Assembly: GCA_910576795.1 (NCBI GenBank)
Contig: CAJTIX010000003.1
Span: 31,026 to 95,025, forward strand
Origin: an uncultured Bacilli bacterium
Lineage (GTDB): Bacteria; Bacillota_I; Bacilli_A; RF39; UBA660
Reading direction: 5' to 3'
Length of the DNA stretch: 64,000 bases
In this document: piece by piece, positions 40,751 to 49,997 of the stretch
How the letters are laid out: each line of letters begins with the position of its first letter
How positions within the stretch are numbered: position 1 is the first letter of the stretch
The notes under the pieces: model-generated
Told to the model about the DNA's origin: nothing
What the model saw: the letters and a program-made list of their open reading frames with translations, nothing else
Database searches by the model: none
Translations under genes and position numbers: made by a program

Positions 40751-42019
40751 ATGTTAGAGAATTTAACAGAACAAGAATTCAATCAATTTTCAAAAAATCA
40801 TCCAAATAGTATGTTTTTTCAATCTTCCTATTGGGGGGACTTAAAAGAATCCACTGGATGGAAAAAACATTTGGTTGGAATCAAAGAAAATGGTAAAATT
40901 GTAGGCGCAACACTCCTGTTATGCAAAAAAATCCCAGTATTAAATCAAAATATGTTTTATGCTCCAAGAGGATTTTTATTAGATTACCAAAATCAAAATA
41001 TAATTTCTTTGTTCACCAAAGAAGTTTCACATTATGTGAAAAAAAACAAAGGTATCTTTTTCAAAATCAATCCGCCTATTTTATATCAACAAAGAAACAT
41101 AGATGGAGATATTGTTGTAGATGGTACACAAAACAAATCTTTAGTAGAATTCTTAAAAAAAATAGGATATCAACACAATGGCTTTACCATTCATTATGGA
41201 AAAGATTTGGAACCAAGATGGGTATCTATTTTAAATATTGAAAATCAAACAGAAGAACAAATATTTCAATTATTTCGAAGTTCACATAAAAGAAAAATCA
41301 AAAAATCATTAGGTGGATGGTTATCTTTAGAACAGGTAACTACTGATGATTTAGAAAAGTTGGAAATCTATAAAAAAATAATGGCACATACAGGAAATAG
41401 AAGAGGGTTCATTGATCGTGCTGAAGATTATTACAAAAAAATGTATGATGTATTTTCCAAAGATTACCAAATTCAAATTGTATTAATCCGCTTAGACTTA
41501 CAAAAATATCATGGTCATATTTTAAAAGAATTAGAAGAAATCACGAACAAAATAGAGAATTTATCACATAAAAAAGAAAGTGAAAAACAAGAGTTGACCA
41601 AAAGAATAGAACGTTTGAAAAATGAAATAGAAGAAGTGAAAAATACAATCCAAACAGAGGGCAATTCAATTTACATTACAACAGGTCTATTTATGTTATT
41701 TGGTTCTCAACTCACCTATTTATTTGGGGGTTCTTATGACAAATATATGAAATACTTTGGTGCTTATTATATGCAATGGGAAATGATAAAATATGCCATT
41801 CAAAATCACTATAAAGAATATAATTTCTATGGAATTACAGGAGAATTTAATGAAGATTCTAAAATGTATGGATTATTTGATTTCAAAAGAGGATTTCATG
41901 CTGATGTGACAGAATATATAGGAGAGTTTACTTATATTGTAAATAAACCATATTATTTTCTATATAATAGAATGTTTACTATTTATAAAAAAATCAAAAA
42001 ATGGAGGATGAAAAAATGA
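40751..42019 (+). CDS. FemAB-family peptidoglycan interpeptide-bridge aminoacyltransferase
   Basis: 422 aa. N-terminal FemAB-like region (FFQSSYWGDLKE...MFYAPRGF). Central coiled-coil insert (LEEITNKIENLSHKKESEKQELTKRIERLKNEIEEVKN), as in FemA/FemX. Confidence 0.7.
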   Translation: MLENLTEQEFNQFSKNHPNSMFFQSSYWGDLKESTGWKKHLVGIKENGKIVGATLLLCKKIPVLNQNMFYAPRGFLLDYQNQNIISLFTKEVSHYVKKNKGIFFKINPPILYQQRNIDGDIVVDGTQNKSLVEFLKKIGYQHNGFTIHYGKDLEPRWVSILNIENQTEEQIFQLFRSSHKRKIKKSLGGWLSLEQVTTDDLEKLEIYKKIMAHTGNRRGFIDRAEDYYKKMYDVFSKDYQIQIVLIRLDLQKYHGHILKELEEITNKIENLSHKKESEKQELTKRIERLKNEIEEVKNTIQTEGNSIYITTGLFMLFGSQLTYLFGGSYDKYMKYFGAYYMQWEMIKYAIQNHYKEYNFYGITGEFNEDSKMYGLFDFKRGFHADVTEYIGEFTYIVNKPYYFLYNRMFTIYKKIKKWRMKK

Positions 42020-42450
42020 AAATAGGAATTGGATCAGACCATGGTGGATATCTTGCCAAAGAAGAATTGATTGCGTATTTAAAGGACAACTATGAAATCA
42101 AAGATTTTGGAACCACGAGTACAGATTCCGTTGACTATCCTATATTTGCCTTCCAAGTAGGAGAAGCGATTCAAAAGCATGAAATTGATTTTGGTATTTT
42201 ATTATGTACAACTGGAATTGGAATGAGTATCGCTTGTAATAAAGTACATGGGGTAAGATGTGCCAAAGTAGACAATGAAGAAGAAGCATCTCTTACAAGG
42301 GCTCATAATAATAGTAATGTCATTGCTTTGAGTGCGAAAAAGGATATGGAAGAAATCAAAAAACTAATTGACATTTTTTTAACAACCCCATTTTCAAATG
42401 AAGAAAGACATTGTAGAAGAAATCATATGGTAGATACATATGGAGACTAA
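42016..42450 (+). CDS. rpiB: ribose-5-phosphate isomerase B
   Basis: MKIGIGSDHGGY...CTTGIGMSIACNK signature. ATG at 42016 is preceded by GGAGG. Confidence 0.85.
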   Translation: MKIGIGSDHGGYLAKEELIAYLKDNYEIKDFGTTSTDSVDYPIFAFQVGEAIQKHEIDFGILLCTTGIGMSIACNKVHGVRCAKVDNEEEASLTRAHNNSNVIALSAKKDMEEIKKLIDIFLTTPFSNEERHCRRNHMVDTYGD

Positions 42451-42648
42451 ATGAATATCAAAACCATTTTATATTTAGTCATTGTTCCATTAGTAATTTG
42501 GGCATTAGATGGAATCAATATTCAAAATGTATTCAAAAAAAATCGAAAATATCAAGCTACATTTTTATATGTAATCATAAGCTTAGGTCTTTCTTATTTA
42601 ATCGTCAATTTCTTCTATGATTTCTTTTTGAATTCTAAATTTATATAG
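42451..42648 (+). CDS. small membrane protein, DUF1146/YwzB-like
   Basis: 65 aa with two TM segments (VIVPLVIWALDG). Neighbours murA and spoIID, as ywzB does in B. subtilis. Confidence 0.5.
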   Translation: MNIKTILYLVIVPLVIWALDGINIQNVFKKNRKYQATFLYVIISLGLSYLIVNFFYDFFLNSKFI

Positions 42649-42671
42649 CGTGTGAAAACACGTTTTTTTCG
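42648..42671 (+). terminator. rho-independent terminator
   Basis: CGTGTGaaaaCACG followed by TTTTTTT. Confidence 0.6.
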
Positions 42672-42742
42672 ACAAAATTACAAAATAAAAACAATTATAA
42701 TATAGAAAAATGCGAATAGAATAAATAGAGAGGAGAATTCAA

Positions 42743-43657
42743 ATGAAAAAGGTAATCATTGCCTCTATTCTTATTTTAGTCGTACCATATTTGATTGTAA
42801 CCTTATGCATCAAAGAAGAAAAAATGAATTTTCAATTTGGTTCTAACTTAATGATCCGTGTCAAAAGAAATGCTACTGGAAATATTGAAAAAGTACCATT
42901 TGAAGAATATATAACAGGTGTACTTGCCGGAGAAATGCCTGTTAATTTTGAACTAGAAGCTTTAAAAGCACAAGCAGTCGCCGCTCGTAGTTATGCGATG
43001 AAAAAAATGGAACAAAATCAAAATAACGAATTTGATGTAGTCGATACAGTTTCGAACCAGGTATATTTGGATGATGCTACCTTAAAAGAAAGATGGAAAG
43101 ATGATTATCCCGAAAAAATCAATAAAATCAAAACAGCGATCACAGAAACAAATGGAGAATATCTCACATATGATGGTGCAGTGATTCAAGCTTTTTTCTT
43201 TTCCACTAGTACAGGGAAAACAGAAAATGTAGAAGAAGTATTTGTGCAAGCATTGCCTTATTTGAGAAGTGTGGATTCTAGTTGGGATGCAGAAGTGTCA
43301 CCAGTTTTTCAAGTCACAACAGAATTCAGTTTAGCGGATTTTTATAGTAAATTAAATCTTCCTTATCAAGAAAGTTTACAGATAGAATTTACCAAAACTA
43401 CTAGTACAGGAAGAGTGAAAGAGCTACTCATAAATGGAACACCATTTAAAGCAAGTGATGTATCTTCTAATTTGAATTTGCGTTCTACTTTTTTCTCTTT
43501 TGAACAAATTGGTAATAATGTAAAAATAGAAACCAAAGGATTTGGACATGGTGTTGGATTAAGCCAATATGGTGCGCAAGCAATGGCAAAAAAAGGATAT
43601 ACCTATGATCAGATTTTAAAACATTATTATCAAGGTGTTGAAATTTCAAAAATTTAA
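42743..43657 (+). CDS. spoIID: stage II sporulation protein D (SpoIID/LytB domain)
   Basis: 304 aa. N-terminal TM segment and a SpoIID/LytB domain (EEYITGVLAGEMPVNFELEALKAQAVAARSYA). Confidence 0.8.
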   Translation: MKKVIIASILILVVPYLIVTLCIKEEKMNFQFGSNLMIRVKRNATGNIEKVPFEEYITGVLAGEMPVNFELEALKAQAVAARSYAMKKMEQNQNNEFDVVDTVSNQVYLDDATLKERWKDDYPEKINKIKTAITETNGEYLTYDGAVIQAFFFSTSTGKTENVEEVFVQALPYLRSVDSSWDAEVSPVFQVTTEFSLADFYSKLNLPYQESLQIEFTKTTSTGRVKELLINGTPFKASDVSSNLNLRSTFFSFEQIGNNVKIETKGFGHGVGLSQYGAQAMAKKGYTYDQILKHYYQGVEISKI

Positions 43658-43711
43658 AAATTAAAGTATAAAAAAAGTAATTTTGCCCACAATGATATTA
43701 GAGGTGAAATT

Positions 43712-44344
43712 ATGACAGAAAGAAGACTGAAAAAGTCAGTAATCTATGGAATTTACAGTTTAGGAATTATTGCTTTAATAGGTACAATTTATTTAATTGA
43801 AAGTTCGATTGGAAAAAACAACTTCAAAGAAAATGATGATTCTACTTATGTGACAAAAACAATATTTGACGATAGTATACCTGTTGTTGCAGATGATGTG
43901 AAAATCTTAAGACCTTATAGTGATGCTGAAATTAGGGTAATTAAAAGTTATTATGACTATAAAGCAGATGAAGAATCACAGAGAAATGCGATTATTTTCC
44001 ATGAAGATACCTATATGCAAAGCAGCGGAGTTGCTTATGGTGGAAAGGAAAATTTTGAAGTCAAAGCTGTGTTGGATGGAACAGTAGTGGATGTCAAAGA
44101 AGATCAACTACTTGGAAAAATCGTTGAAATCAAACATAGCAATGACATGATTAGTGTCTACCAAAGTTTATCTGAAGTAACTGTAAGTAAAGATGCAGTC
44201 ATCAAACAAGGAGATGTAATTGGAAAAAGTGGAAATGCCAATATATCTACAGAGTTAGGAAATCATTTATATTTTGAATTGATTGTCAAAGGTACGACTG
44301 TAAATCCAGAAGAATATTTTGAAAAATTGGTGAAAGAACTATAA
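43712..44344 (+). CDS. spoIIQ: SpoIIQ-like membrane protein with degenerate LytM (M23) domain
   Basis: N-terminal TM segment, and a position right after spoIID as in Clostridia. In the M23 core the His motifs are degenerate: KHSNDM replaces the HxxxD spacing, and NHLYFEL replaces the HLH motif. Confidence 0.5.
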   Translation: MTERRLKKSVIYGIYSLGIIALIGTIYLIESSIGKNNFKENDDSTYVTKTIFDDSIPVVADDVKILRPYSDAEIRVIKSYYDYKADEESQRNAIIFHEDTYMQSSGVAYGGKENFEVKAVLDGTVVDVKEDQLLGKIVEIKHSNDMISVYQSLSEVTVSKDAVIKQGDVIGKSGNANISTELGNHLYFELIVKGTTVNPEEYFEKLVKEL

Positions 44345-44376
44345 AAAAATCGATATAGAACTATCGATTTTTTATA

Positions 44377-45246
44377 TCAATTGGGTATTATCTTTTTCAT
44401 ATAAGATTCTGCTTCTTTTCTAAAATCATGTAATAGTCGAGAATTATTATAAAATCTATCATTGGTTTCACAGGTAATATCAAGTAGTTCTGCGAGATCC
44501 ATATGTGCTTTTAGGCTACTTTCATGGAGTTGTTTTATTTGAACTAGTAATTGTTTATATGATAACCTATCAAAAATCATATTAGAGATGGGTGTATAGT
44601 ATAGAATAAGTTTGTCATCACCGTTTTCATATTCTTCTGCTGATAAGCCATCCGCTAAATAAAAAAATATCTGATTAAATATATCATGAATATAATATTG
44701 ATTATGATATTGAATTAGATTGGCTGCATGAGTTGCTCTAATGAAATTAAATTTTGGATCCCTATTTGGATTTAAGGAATCATTTTCTTGCACATCATAA
44801 CATCGGTAGCTCTGACAAAACAGCCCTATTTTTTGAAAAATATCTTGATGCAAACTGGAAATATGCCTACAACATCCTTGCCTATGAATTACATCAAATC
44901 CCAAAAACCCATATAAATCGAAAGATCTATCAGTCAATTCTTTATAAGGATATACTGGATTACCGACAGAAAGATAGCCTCGCATAATTAGGTTTTCAAC
45001 TACTTGAGAATAACTAATAGAATTATCATCTATCCCAATTTCTTTTACAATAACTGCTGCAAGTGAAATCAACTTATTGTAATATTCTATATTTTCATAA
45101 AACACATATTTTGCTACTTCAATCTGTAATGATATGTCATTTTGTGATTCCACAATTTTCTGCATCAGCATCGATTGTGGATCTTCTAAAGCTTTTAAAT
45201 CATGTTTAATGAATTCATACATCTGTTTTTGATGAGAAATATTCAT
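44377..45246 (-). CDS. hypothetical protein (290 aa) with HRQGCCRH motif
   Basis: ATG at 45246 with an AGGAGGAA RBS. A perfect sigma-A promoter lies upstream. Conserved-looking Cys pair and several His residues. No family assigned. Confidence 0.55.
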   Translation of the reverse strand: MNISHQKQMYEFIKHDLKALEDPQSMLMQKIVESQNDISLQIEVAKYVFYENIEYYNKLISLAAVIVKEIGIDDNSISYSQVVENLIMRGYLSVGNPVYPYKELTDRSFDLYGFLGFDVIHRQGCCRHISSLHQDIFQKIGLFCQSYRCYDVQENDSLNPNRDPKFNFIRATHAANLIQYHNQYYIHDIFNQIFFYLADGLSAEEYENGDDKLILYYTPISNMIFDRLSYKQLLVQIKQLHESSLKAHMDLAELLDITCETNDRFYNNSRLLHDFRKEAESYMKKIIPN

Positions 45247-45271
45247 AGAGATTCCTCCTTGATGAGAACAT

Positions 45272-45300
45272 ATTATAACACCTAGCATTTTCAATGTCAA
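45272..45300 (-). promoter_or_regulatory. consensus sigma-A promoter for the 44377-45246 gene
   Basis: On the minus strand: TTGACA (45300-45295), exactly 17 bp, then TG-n-TATAAT (45280-45272). Confidence 0.55.
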
Positions 45301-45409
45301 AATTATTTTGTGTATTTCATACAGTAGATAGAATTCATAAAATAAACCTATTTCATTTTGCGTATAAAAAATATACATTACAAATAAAATGAATTAGGGG
45401 GAACATAAA

Positions 45410-45661
45410 ATGAATCATATCAATGAAAGAGTTTTAAAAGAAACGGAATTTATTTTAAAAACGGGACATACTATTAGAGAAATCGCATTACACTTTCATG
45501 TATCTAAAAGTACAGTACATAAAGATTTACATGAAAGATTATGTCAAATAGATCAAAAGAAATATGAAAAAGTAAAAGAAATTTTAAAATATCATACTGA
45601 TATTCGTCATATTAGAGGTGGCGAATCGACTAAGAAAAAATATTTAGAACAAATATCATAG
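45410..45661 (+). CDS. spoIIID: stage III sporulation protein D (mother-cell transcription factor)
   Basis: 83 aa. The block HFHVSKSTVHKDLHERL...KEILKYHTDIRHIRGGESTKKKY matches the SpoIIID HTH and its basic tail. Confidence 0.8.
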   Translation: MNHINERVLKETEFILKTGHTIREIALHFHVSKSTVHKDLHERLCQIDQKKYEKVKEILKYHTDIRHIRGGESTKKKYLEQIS

Positions 45662-45681
45662 TAAGAAAAGAGGTTATCGTA

Positions 45682-46671
45682 ATGTTTGCAAAAGATATCG
45701 GAATTGATTTAGGAACCGCGAATGTATTAATTTATATAAAAGGACAAGGAGTTGTATTAAATGAACCAAGTGTGGTTGCGATTGATAGCGAAACAAAAAA
45801 ACCACTTGCAGTTGGAGAGAAAGCTAGAAATATGCTTGGGAGAACACCAGGGAAAGTACACGCTATAAGACCCATGAAAGATGGAGTCATTGCGGATTTT
45901 GACGCAACGGAAATTATGCTCAATCATTTTATACGTGAAGTAAATGCAAAGAGTATGTTAACACGACCTCGTATTTTAATTTGTTGTCCATCTAATATTA
46001 CACAAGTAGAAAAAAATGCGATCAAAGAAGCAGCGGAGCGAACAGGAGCACGCAAAGTGTTTCTAGAAGAAGAACCAAAAGTGGCGGCTATTGGAGCTGG
46101 AATGGATATTTCCAAACCAAGTGGGAATATGGTAATTGATATTGGTGGTGGAACTACTGATATTGCCGTTTTATCCATGGGAGATATTGTCAACAGTACT
46201 TCTATTAAAATAGCGGGAAATACATTTGATAACGATATCATTAAATATATTAAGAAAAAATATAAATTACTGATAGGAGACCGTACAGCAGAAGAAATTA
46301 AACTAACCATCGGTAATGTATATCCAGATAGTATCAAAGAAAAGATGGAAGTTCGTGGTAGGGACTTAGGAACAGGCTTACCACATACCATTACTCTAGA
46401 TAGCGAGGAAATTGCAGAAGCACTAAAAGAAAGTGCAGATGTGATTGTTCATACCGCAAAAAATGTATTAGAACAAACTCCACCAGAATTATCGGCAGAT
46501 ATTATTGATAAAGGTATTGTGGTAACTGGTGGTGGAGCCTTAATACGTGGACTCGATCAATTATTGGCTAAAGAACTAAAAGTTCCTGTAAGAATTGCAG
46601 ATAGTCCGTTAACCTGTGTTGCAGAGGGAACAGGAATTTTACTGAGCAATCTACATTTGATTGACAAATAG
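45682..46671 (+). CDS. mbl: rod-shape determining protein MreB/Mbl
   Basis: 329 aa actin-like ATPase (DLGTANVLIY, phosphate-binding loops). Adjacent to spoIIID as mbl is in Bacillus. Confidence 0.85.
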   Translation: MFAKDIGIDLGTANVLIYIKGQGVVLNEPSVVAIDSETKKPLAVGEKARNMLGRTPGKVHAIRPMKDGVIADFDATEIMLNHFIREVNAKSMLTRPRILICCPSNITQVEKNAIKEAAERTGARKVFLEEEPKVAAIGAGMDISKPSGNMVIDIGGGTTDIAVLSMGDIVNSTSIKIAGNTFDNDIIKYIKKKYKLLIGDRTAEEIKLTIGNVYPDSIKEKMEVRGRDLGTGLPHTITLDSEEIAEALKESADVIVHTAKNVLEQTPPELSADIIDKGIVVTGGGALIRGLDQLLAKELKVPVRIADSPLTCVAEGTGILLSNLHLIDK

Positions 46672-46759
46672 AGCATTACCTATAAAAGTAATGCTTTTTG
46701 AGTATTTAGTTCAAATAGACATATAAATATAAAAATGCTATAATGAACATGGTGGTATA

Positions 46760-47830
46760 ATGAATCAAGATCTTATAACAAAAATTATTTTAATGATATT
46801 AATACCGTTTTTATTTGTTGTATTATTAATTCCCTATATTAAAAAAATTGCAGTTCAAATTCATGCGGTAGATGATCATATTGGTGGAAGACATATTCAT
46901 AAAAAACCGATTCCAAAATTAGGTGGCTTAGCCATATTTTTCGGATTTTTACTTGGATATATGATATTTGGAACACCAAGCGCTATGATGAATGCAGTTT
47001 TAATAGGGAGTTTTATTATACTAATTGTAGGTGTGATGGATGATATTACAGAATTAAGTGCGAAAACACAATTTATTGGACAACTAGCTGCAGCTTGTGT
47101 AATTGTTTTCTATGGTAATATTTTAATACGAGATATCAGTGCATTTGGGCTTTATATTGAGTTCAGCTGGTTATCTTATCCACTTACGATTCTCTTTATT
47201 TTAGGTTGTATCAATTGTATTAATTTAATTGATGGACTTGATGGTTTATCTGGGGGCATTAGCGCCATTTATTATTTAACAATCGGAATTATCGCAACCA
47301 TACAAGGAAAATTAGGACTCGATTTTATTTTAGCCTTTGTTATGCTCGGTTCTACTTTAGGATTTTTGGTTTATAATTTCAACCCTGCAACGATTTTTGC
47401 AGGAAATTCAGGTTCGATGTTTATGGGCTTTATTATTGCAATTATTGCACTTCTTGGATTTAAAAATGTCACTATGACTTCCTTGATTATTCCATTAATC
47501 ATTTTAGCAATCCCAATATTGGATACTTTATTTGCAATTATCCGAAGAACGCTAAAAGGTGAAAGTCCTTTTCATGCAGATCGGTTTCATATTCATCATC
47601 AACTTTTAAATCGTAATCTATCCCAAAAAACAACGGTTATTATTATTTATATTGTCGATTTATTATTTGCCTTTGCTTCTATTGTATATGTATTAAGAGA
47701 CGCTAAATTGGGTTATCTAATCTATGGAATTTTATTAATTATTGTTATTGTCTTTGTTGCCAAAACAAATGTCGTTTTTGATACAGATAATGTAAAGAAA
47801 AAAATCATGGAAAAAAGTAACAAAAAATAG
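46760..47830 (+). CDS. tagO: glycosyltransferase family 4, UDP-GlcNAc:undecaprenyl-phosphate GlcNAc-1-phosphate transferase (TagO/WecA-like)
   Basis: 356 aa polytopic protein with MraY/WecA motifs NLIDGLDGL and FAGNSGSMFMGF. Confidence 0.7.
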   Translation: MNQDLITKIILMILIPFLFVVLLIPYIKKIAVQIHAVDDHIGGRHIHKKPIPKLGGLAIFFGFLLGYMIFGTPSAMMNAVLIGSFIILIVGVMDDITELSAKTQFIGQLAAACVIVFYGNILIRDISAFGLYIEFSWLSYPLTILFILGCINCINLIDGLDGLSGGISAIYYLTIGIIATIQGKLGLDFILAFVMLGSTLGFLVYNFNPATIFAGNSGSMFMGFIIAIIALLGFKNVTMTSLIIPLIILAIPILDTLFAIIRRTLKGESPFHADRFHIHHQLLNRNLSQKTTVIIIYIVDLLFAFASIVYVLRDAKLGYLIYGILLIIVIVFVAKTNVVFDTDNVKKKIMEKSNKK

Positions 47831-47885
47831 ATACACATCAAGTATCTTTTTTGTTTTTATAGGTATACTAACCATAGGTGATAGT

Positions 47886-48605
47886 ATGCGAGATATAATT
47901 GATGCATTGATGATTGTGCCAAGAAGTTTATTTTCTTTAATTGCTTTATTTTTAATTACAAAACTTATTGGTAGAAAGCAAGTATCAGAACTTTCTTTAT
48001 TTGATTATGTGATTGGGATTTCGATTGGAAACTTTGCAGCAGAAATGACTATTAATTTGGATGCTCCTTATATGCATGGTATTATTGCAGTACTTGTATT
48101 TGGAATCAGTGCTTATTTGGTTTCTTTGTTTACTATGAAAAGTATTCATTTACGTAGGTGGATTATTGGGACACCAATACTAATGATTCAAAATGGTAAA
48201 ATCTTAGAAAAAAATATGAAAAAAGTTATGATAGATGTAAATGACTTATTAGAACAATGTAGAAATGCTGGCTATTTTGATTTAAATGAAATTGAATATG
48301 CGATTATGGAAGCTAATGGGAAAATAAGTATATTACCAGTAAGTGAATATAAACCATTAACGCCTAAAGATATGAAAGTAAAAGTATCCAAAGCAAGTTT
48401 GTGTGCAAATGTGATTATTGATGGTGTGATTATGCACAAAAATTTAGAAAATATGAATAAAACAGAAGATTGGCTAAAACAAGAATTAAAAGTAAAAGGA
48501 TATCAAGATACAAAAAATATTTTACTTGCAACTCTAGATAATCAAGAAAAATTAACAATTTATGAGAAAAATGAAGATATAAAAAATTATAATGTATTAG
48601 AATAA
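47886..48605 (+). CDS. DUF421 (YetF/YdfS-like) membrane protein
   Basis: 239 aa. N-terminal TM segments plus the DUF421 core (LSLFDYVIGISIGNFAA). Confidence 0.6.
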   Translation: MRDIIDALMIVPRSLFSLIALFLITKLIGRKQVSELSLFDYVIGISIGNFAAEMTINLDAPYMHGIIAVLVFGISAYLVSLFTMKSIHLRRWIIGTPILMIQNGKILEKNMKKVMIDVNDLLEQCRNAGYFDLNEIEYAIMEANGKISILPVSEYKPLTPKDMKVKVSKASLCANVIIDGVIMHKNLENMNKTEDWLKQELKVKGYQDTKNILLATLDNQEKLTIYEKNEDIKNYNVLE

Positions 48606-48669
48606 AAAAAGAACTTAAAGATTTTAGTTCTAATTTAGTTCAATATCGATTTTTTATATGTCTACTTTT

Positions 48670-49029
48670 TCAGTATTCTCGATAGCTACCCATTTTTTTG
48701 ATTGGATCTACTTGTTCAATAAGACCATTATGTAGCGGACTTAATGAAAGCATATTTCCAAATTTTACTTGCTGTGTTTGGATAAATTTATGTGCTTCTT
48801 CAGGACTACAAATAGGTTCTTCTGGAACAACACCTATCAATTCAGGATGTGTATTTAAAATGTGCATTTGTGCATATAGTTGTAATTCTGGTGTTGGTGG
48901 AATTATATTATTATTAGTAATATAATTAACACAATCAAATACAGAGTATAGATTTTGCGTAAGTATAGCATTGCATGTAATAGATAAAACCGTTTCTAGT
49001 TCAAATTCTCTTATATCCTTTTGTTTCAT
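48670..49029 (-). CDS. hypothetical protein (119 aa)
   Basis: ATG at 49029 with a GGAGGATTG RBS. No motif recognised. Confidence 0.45.
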   Translation of the reverse strand: MKQKDIREFELETVLSITCNAILTQNLYSVFDCVNYITNNNIIPPTPELQLYAQMHILNTHPELIGVVPEEPICSPEEAHKFIQTQQVKFGNMLSLSPLHNGLIEQVDPIKKMGSYREY

Positions 49030-49140
49030 AAACAATCCTCCTTCTGGAGTTATATTATAACACATATTAGTATATATGCAACAATTATATATTAATATAA
49101 AAAATATATGTTATAATATAACTATCAGGGAGGTAAACAC

Positions 49141-49905
49141 ATGAAAAAAATGAATGAATTTCTAGGAATTGAAACTTGGAAAACTATTGCCAAAAGAGTT
49201 CAAAAACTACAAATTTCAGATTGTTCTGAACAAGAATTTTCTAAAAATTTAAAAGAATTACAAGGGTTATTATCAGATTTAGATATTTGTATAGAGGCAT
49301 TAAGTCGTGATCCGCAGCATCAAAATGAGGTAGGACTCGCTTCTTTATTACAAGCTATTTATAATAGCAATCGAAGAGAATCTTTGAAAAAGGATTCCTT
49401 TTATGAAAAAATATATCAATTATCTAATTTAGGCATTCAGAATATTCGCTTTTTACCAGTAGAAGAATATTATAGAATGAAAGATATAGTGGTAAGAGAT
49501 TTTAAAGGAATTCATAATGGAGAAAATCTATATAAAGTTTATACCGACGGAACTTTTTCTTTAGAAGAAAGTCTAGAAACAGTAAGATTTAAAAAAGGTA
49601 TGGAACAATATCGCAAATATCATATAAAAGATTTAAAAAATGCAAATTATATCATTAGTGTAGAAGTATTAAAAAGATTGAGCTGTGAAAAAACCAAATT
49701 AGCAATGGCCAGTGCAACTTTGAAAACTTTAGATGGCGTATTTCCATCTCAAGAAGAACTTATGAGATTTTCATTCCCAGAATTAACTATTTCTAAACAG
49801 ATAATACATTGGGGAGATTCTATTCAAATGAAAGAAAAATTCGATGGTTTTGATACTCAAAATGAGAATTATCAAAAGCAATTGCAAAAAGATAGAAATG
49901 TCTAA
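49141..49905 (+). CDS. hypothetical protein (254 aa)
   Basis: GGAGG RBS. Hydrophilic, no recognised domain. Confidence 0.5.
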   Translation: MKKMNEFLGIETWKTIAKRVQKLQISDCSEQEFSKNLKELQGLLSDLDICIEALSRDPQHQNEVGLASLLQAIYNSNRRESLKKDSFYEKIYQLSNLGIQNIRFLPVEEYYRMKDIVVRDFKGIHNGENLYKVYTDGTFSLEESLETVRFKKGMEQYRKYHIKDLKNANYIISVEVLKRLSCEKTKLAMASATLKTLDGVFPSQEELMRFSFPELTISKQIIHWGDSIQMKEKFDGFDTQNENYQKQLQKDRNV

Positions 49906-49997
49906 TTTTATTGCTCTTAATGTGTCAAGTATGATATTTATTAGAAATAACAATTGGAATTTCTAAATACCTTTGGTATAATCAATACGGTGATAAA

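Noticed and set aside
40921-41241. Track ORFs lying inside or antisense to clear genes. Examples: 40921-41241, 4976-5164, 6205-6414, 9146-9406, 9672-9959, 10228-10536, 20174-20563, 45732-46391, 53944-54345, 56641-57072.
   Set aside because: All overlap strongly supported conserved genes in another frame or strand. In AT-rich DNA such frames are expected by chance. None has an RBS or a recognisable product.
45247-45409. Sigma-E-type promoter for spoIIID (CATACAGT at 45318-45325) and sigma-F/sigma-K guesses upstream of spoIIR and cotJB
   Set aside because: The -10-like elements are present, but the -35 spacing does not fit the consensus well. They are mentioned only in passing and not annotated as features.
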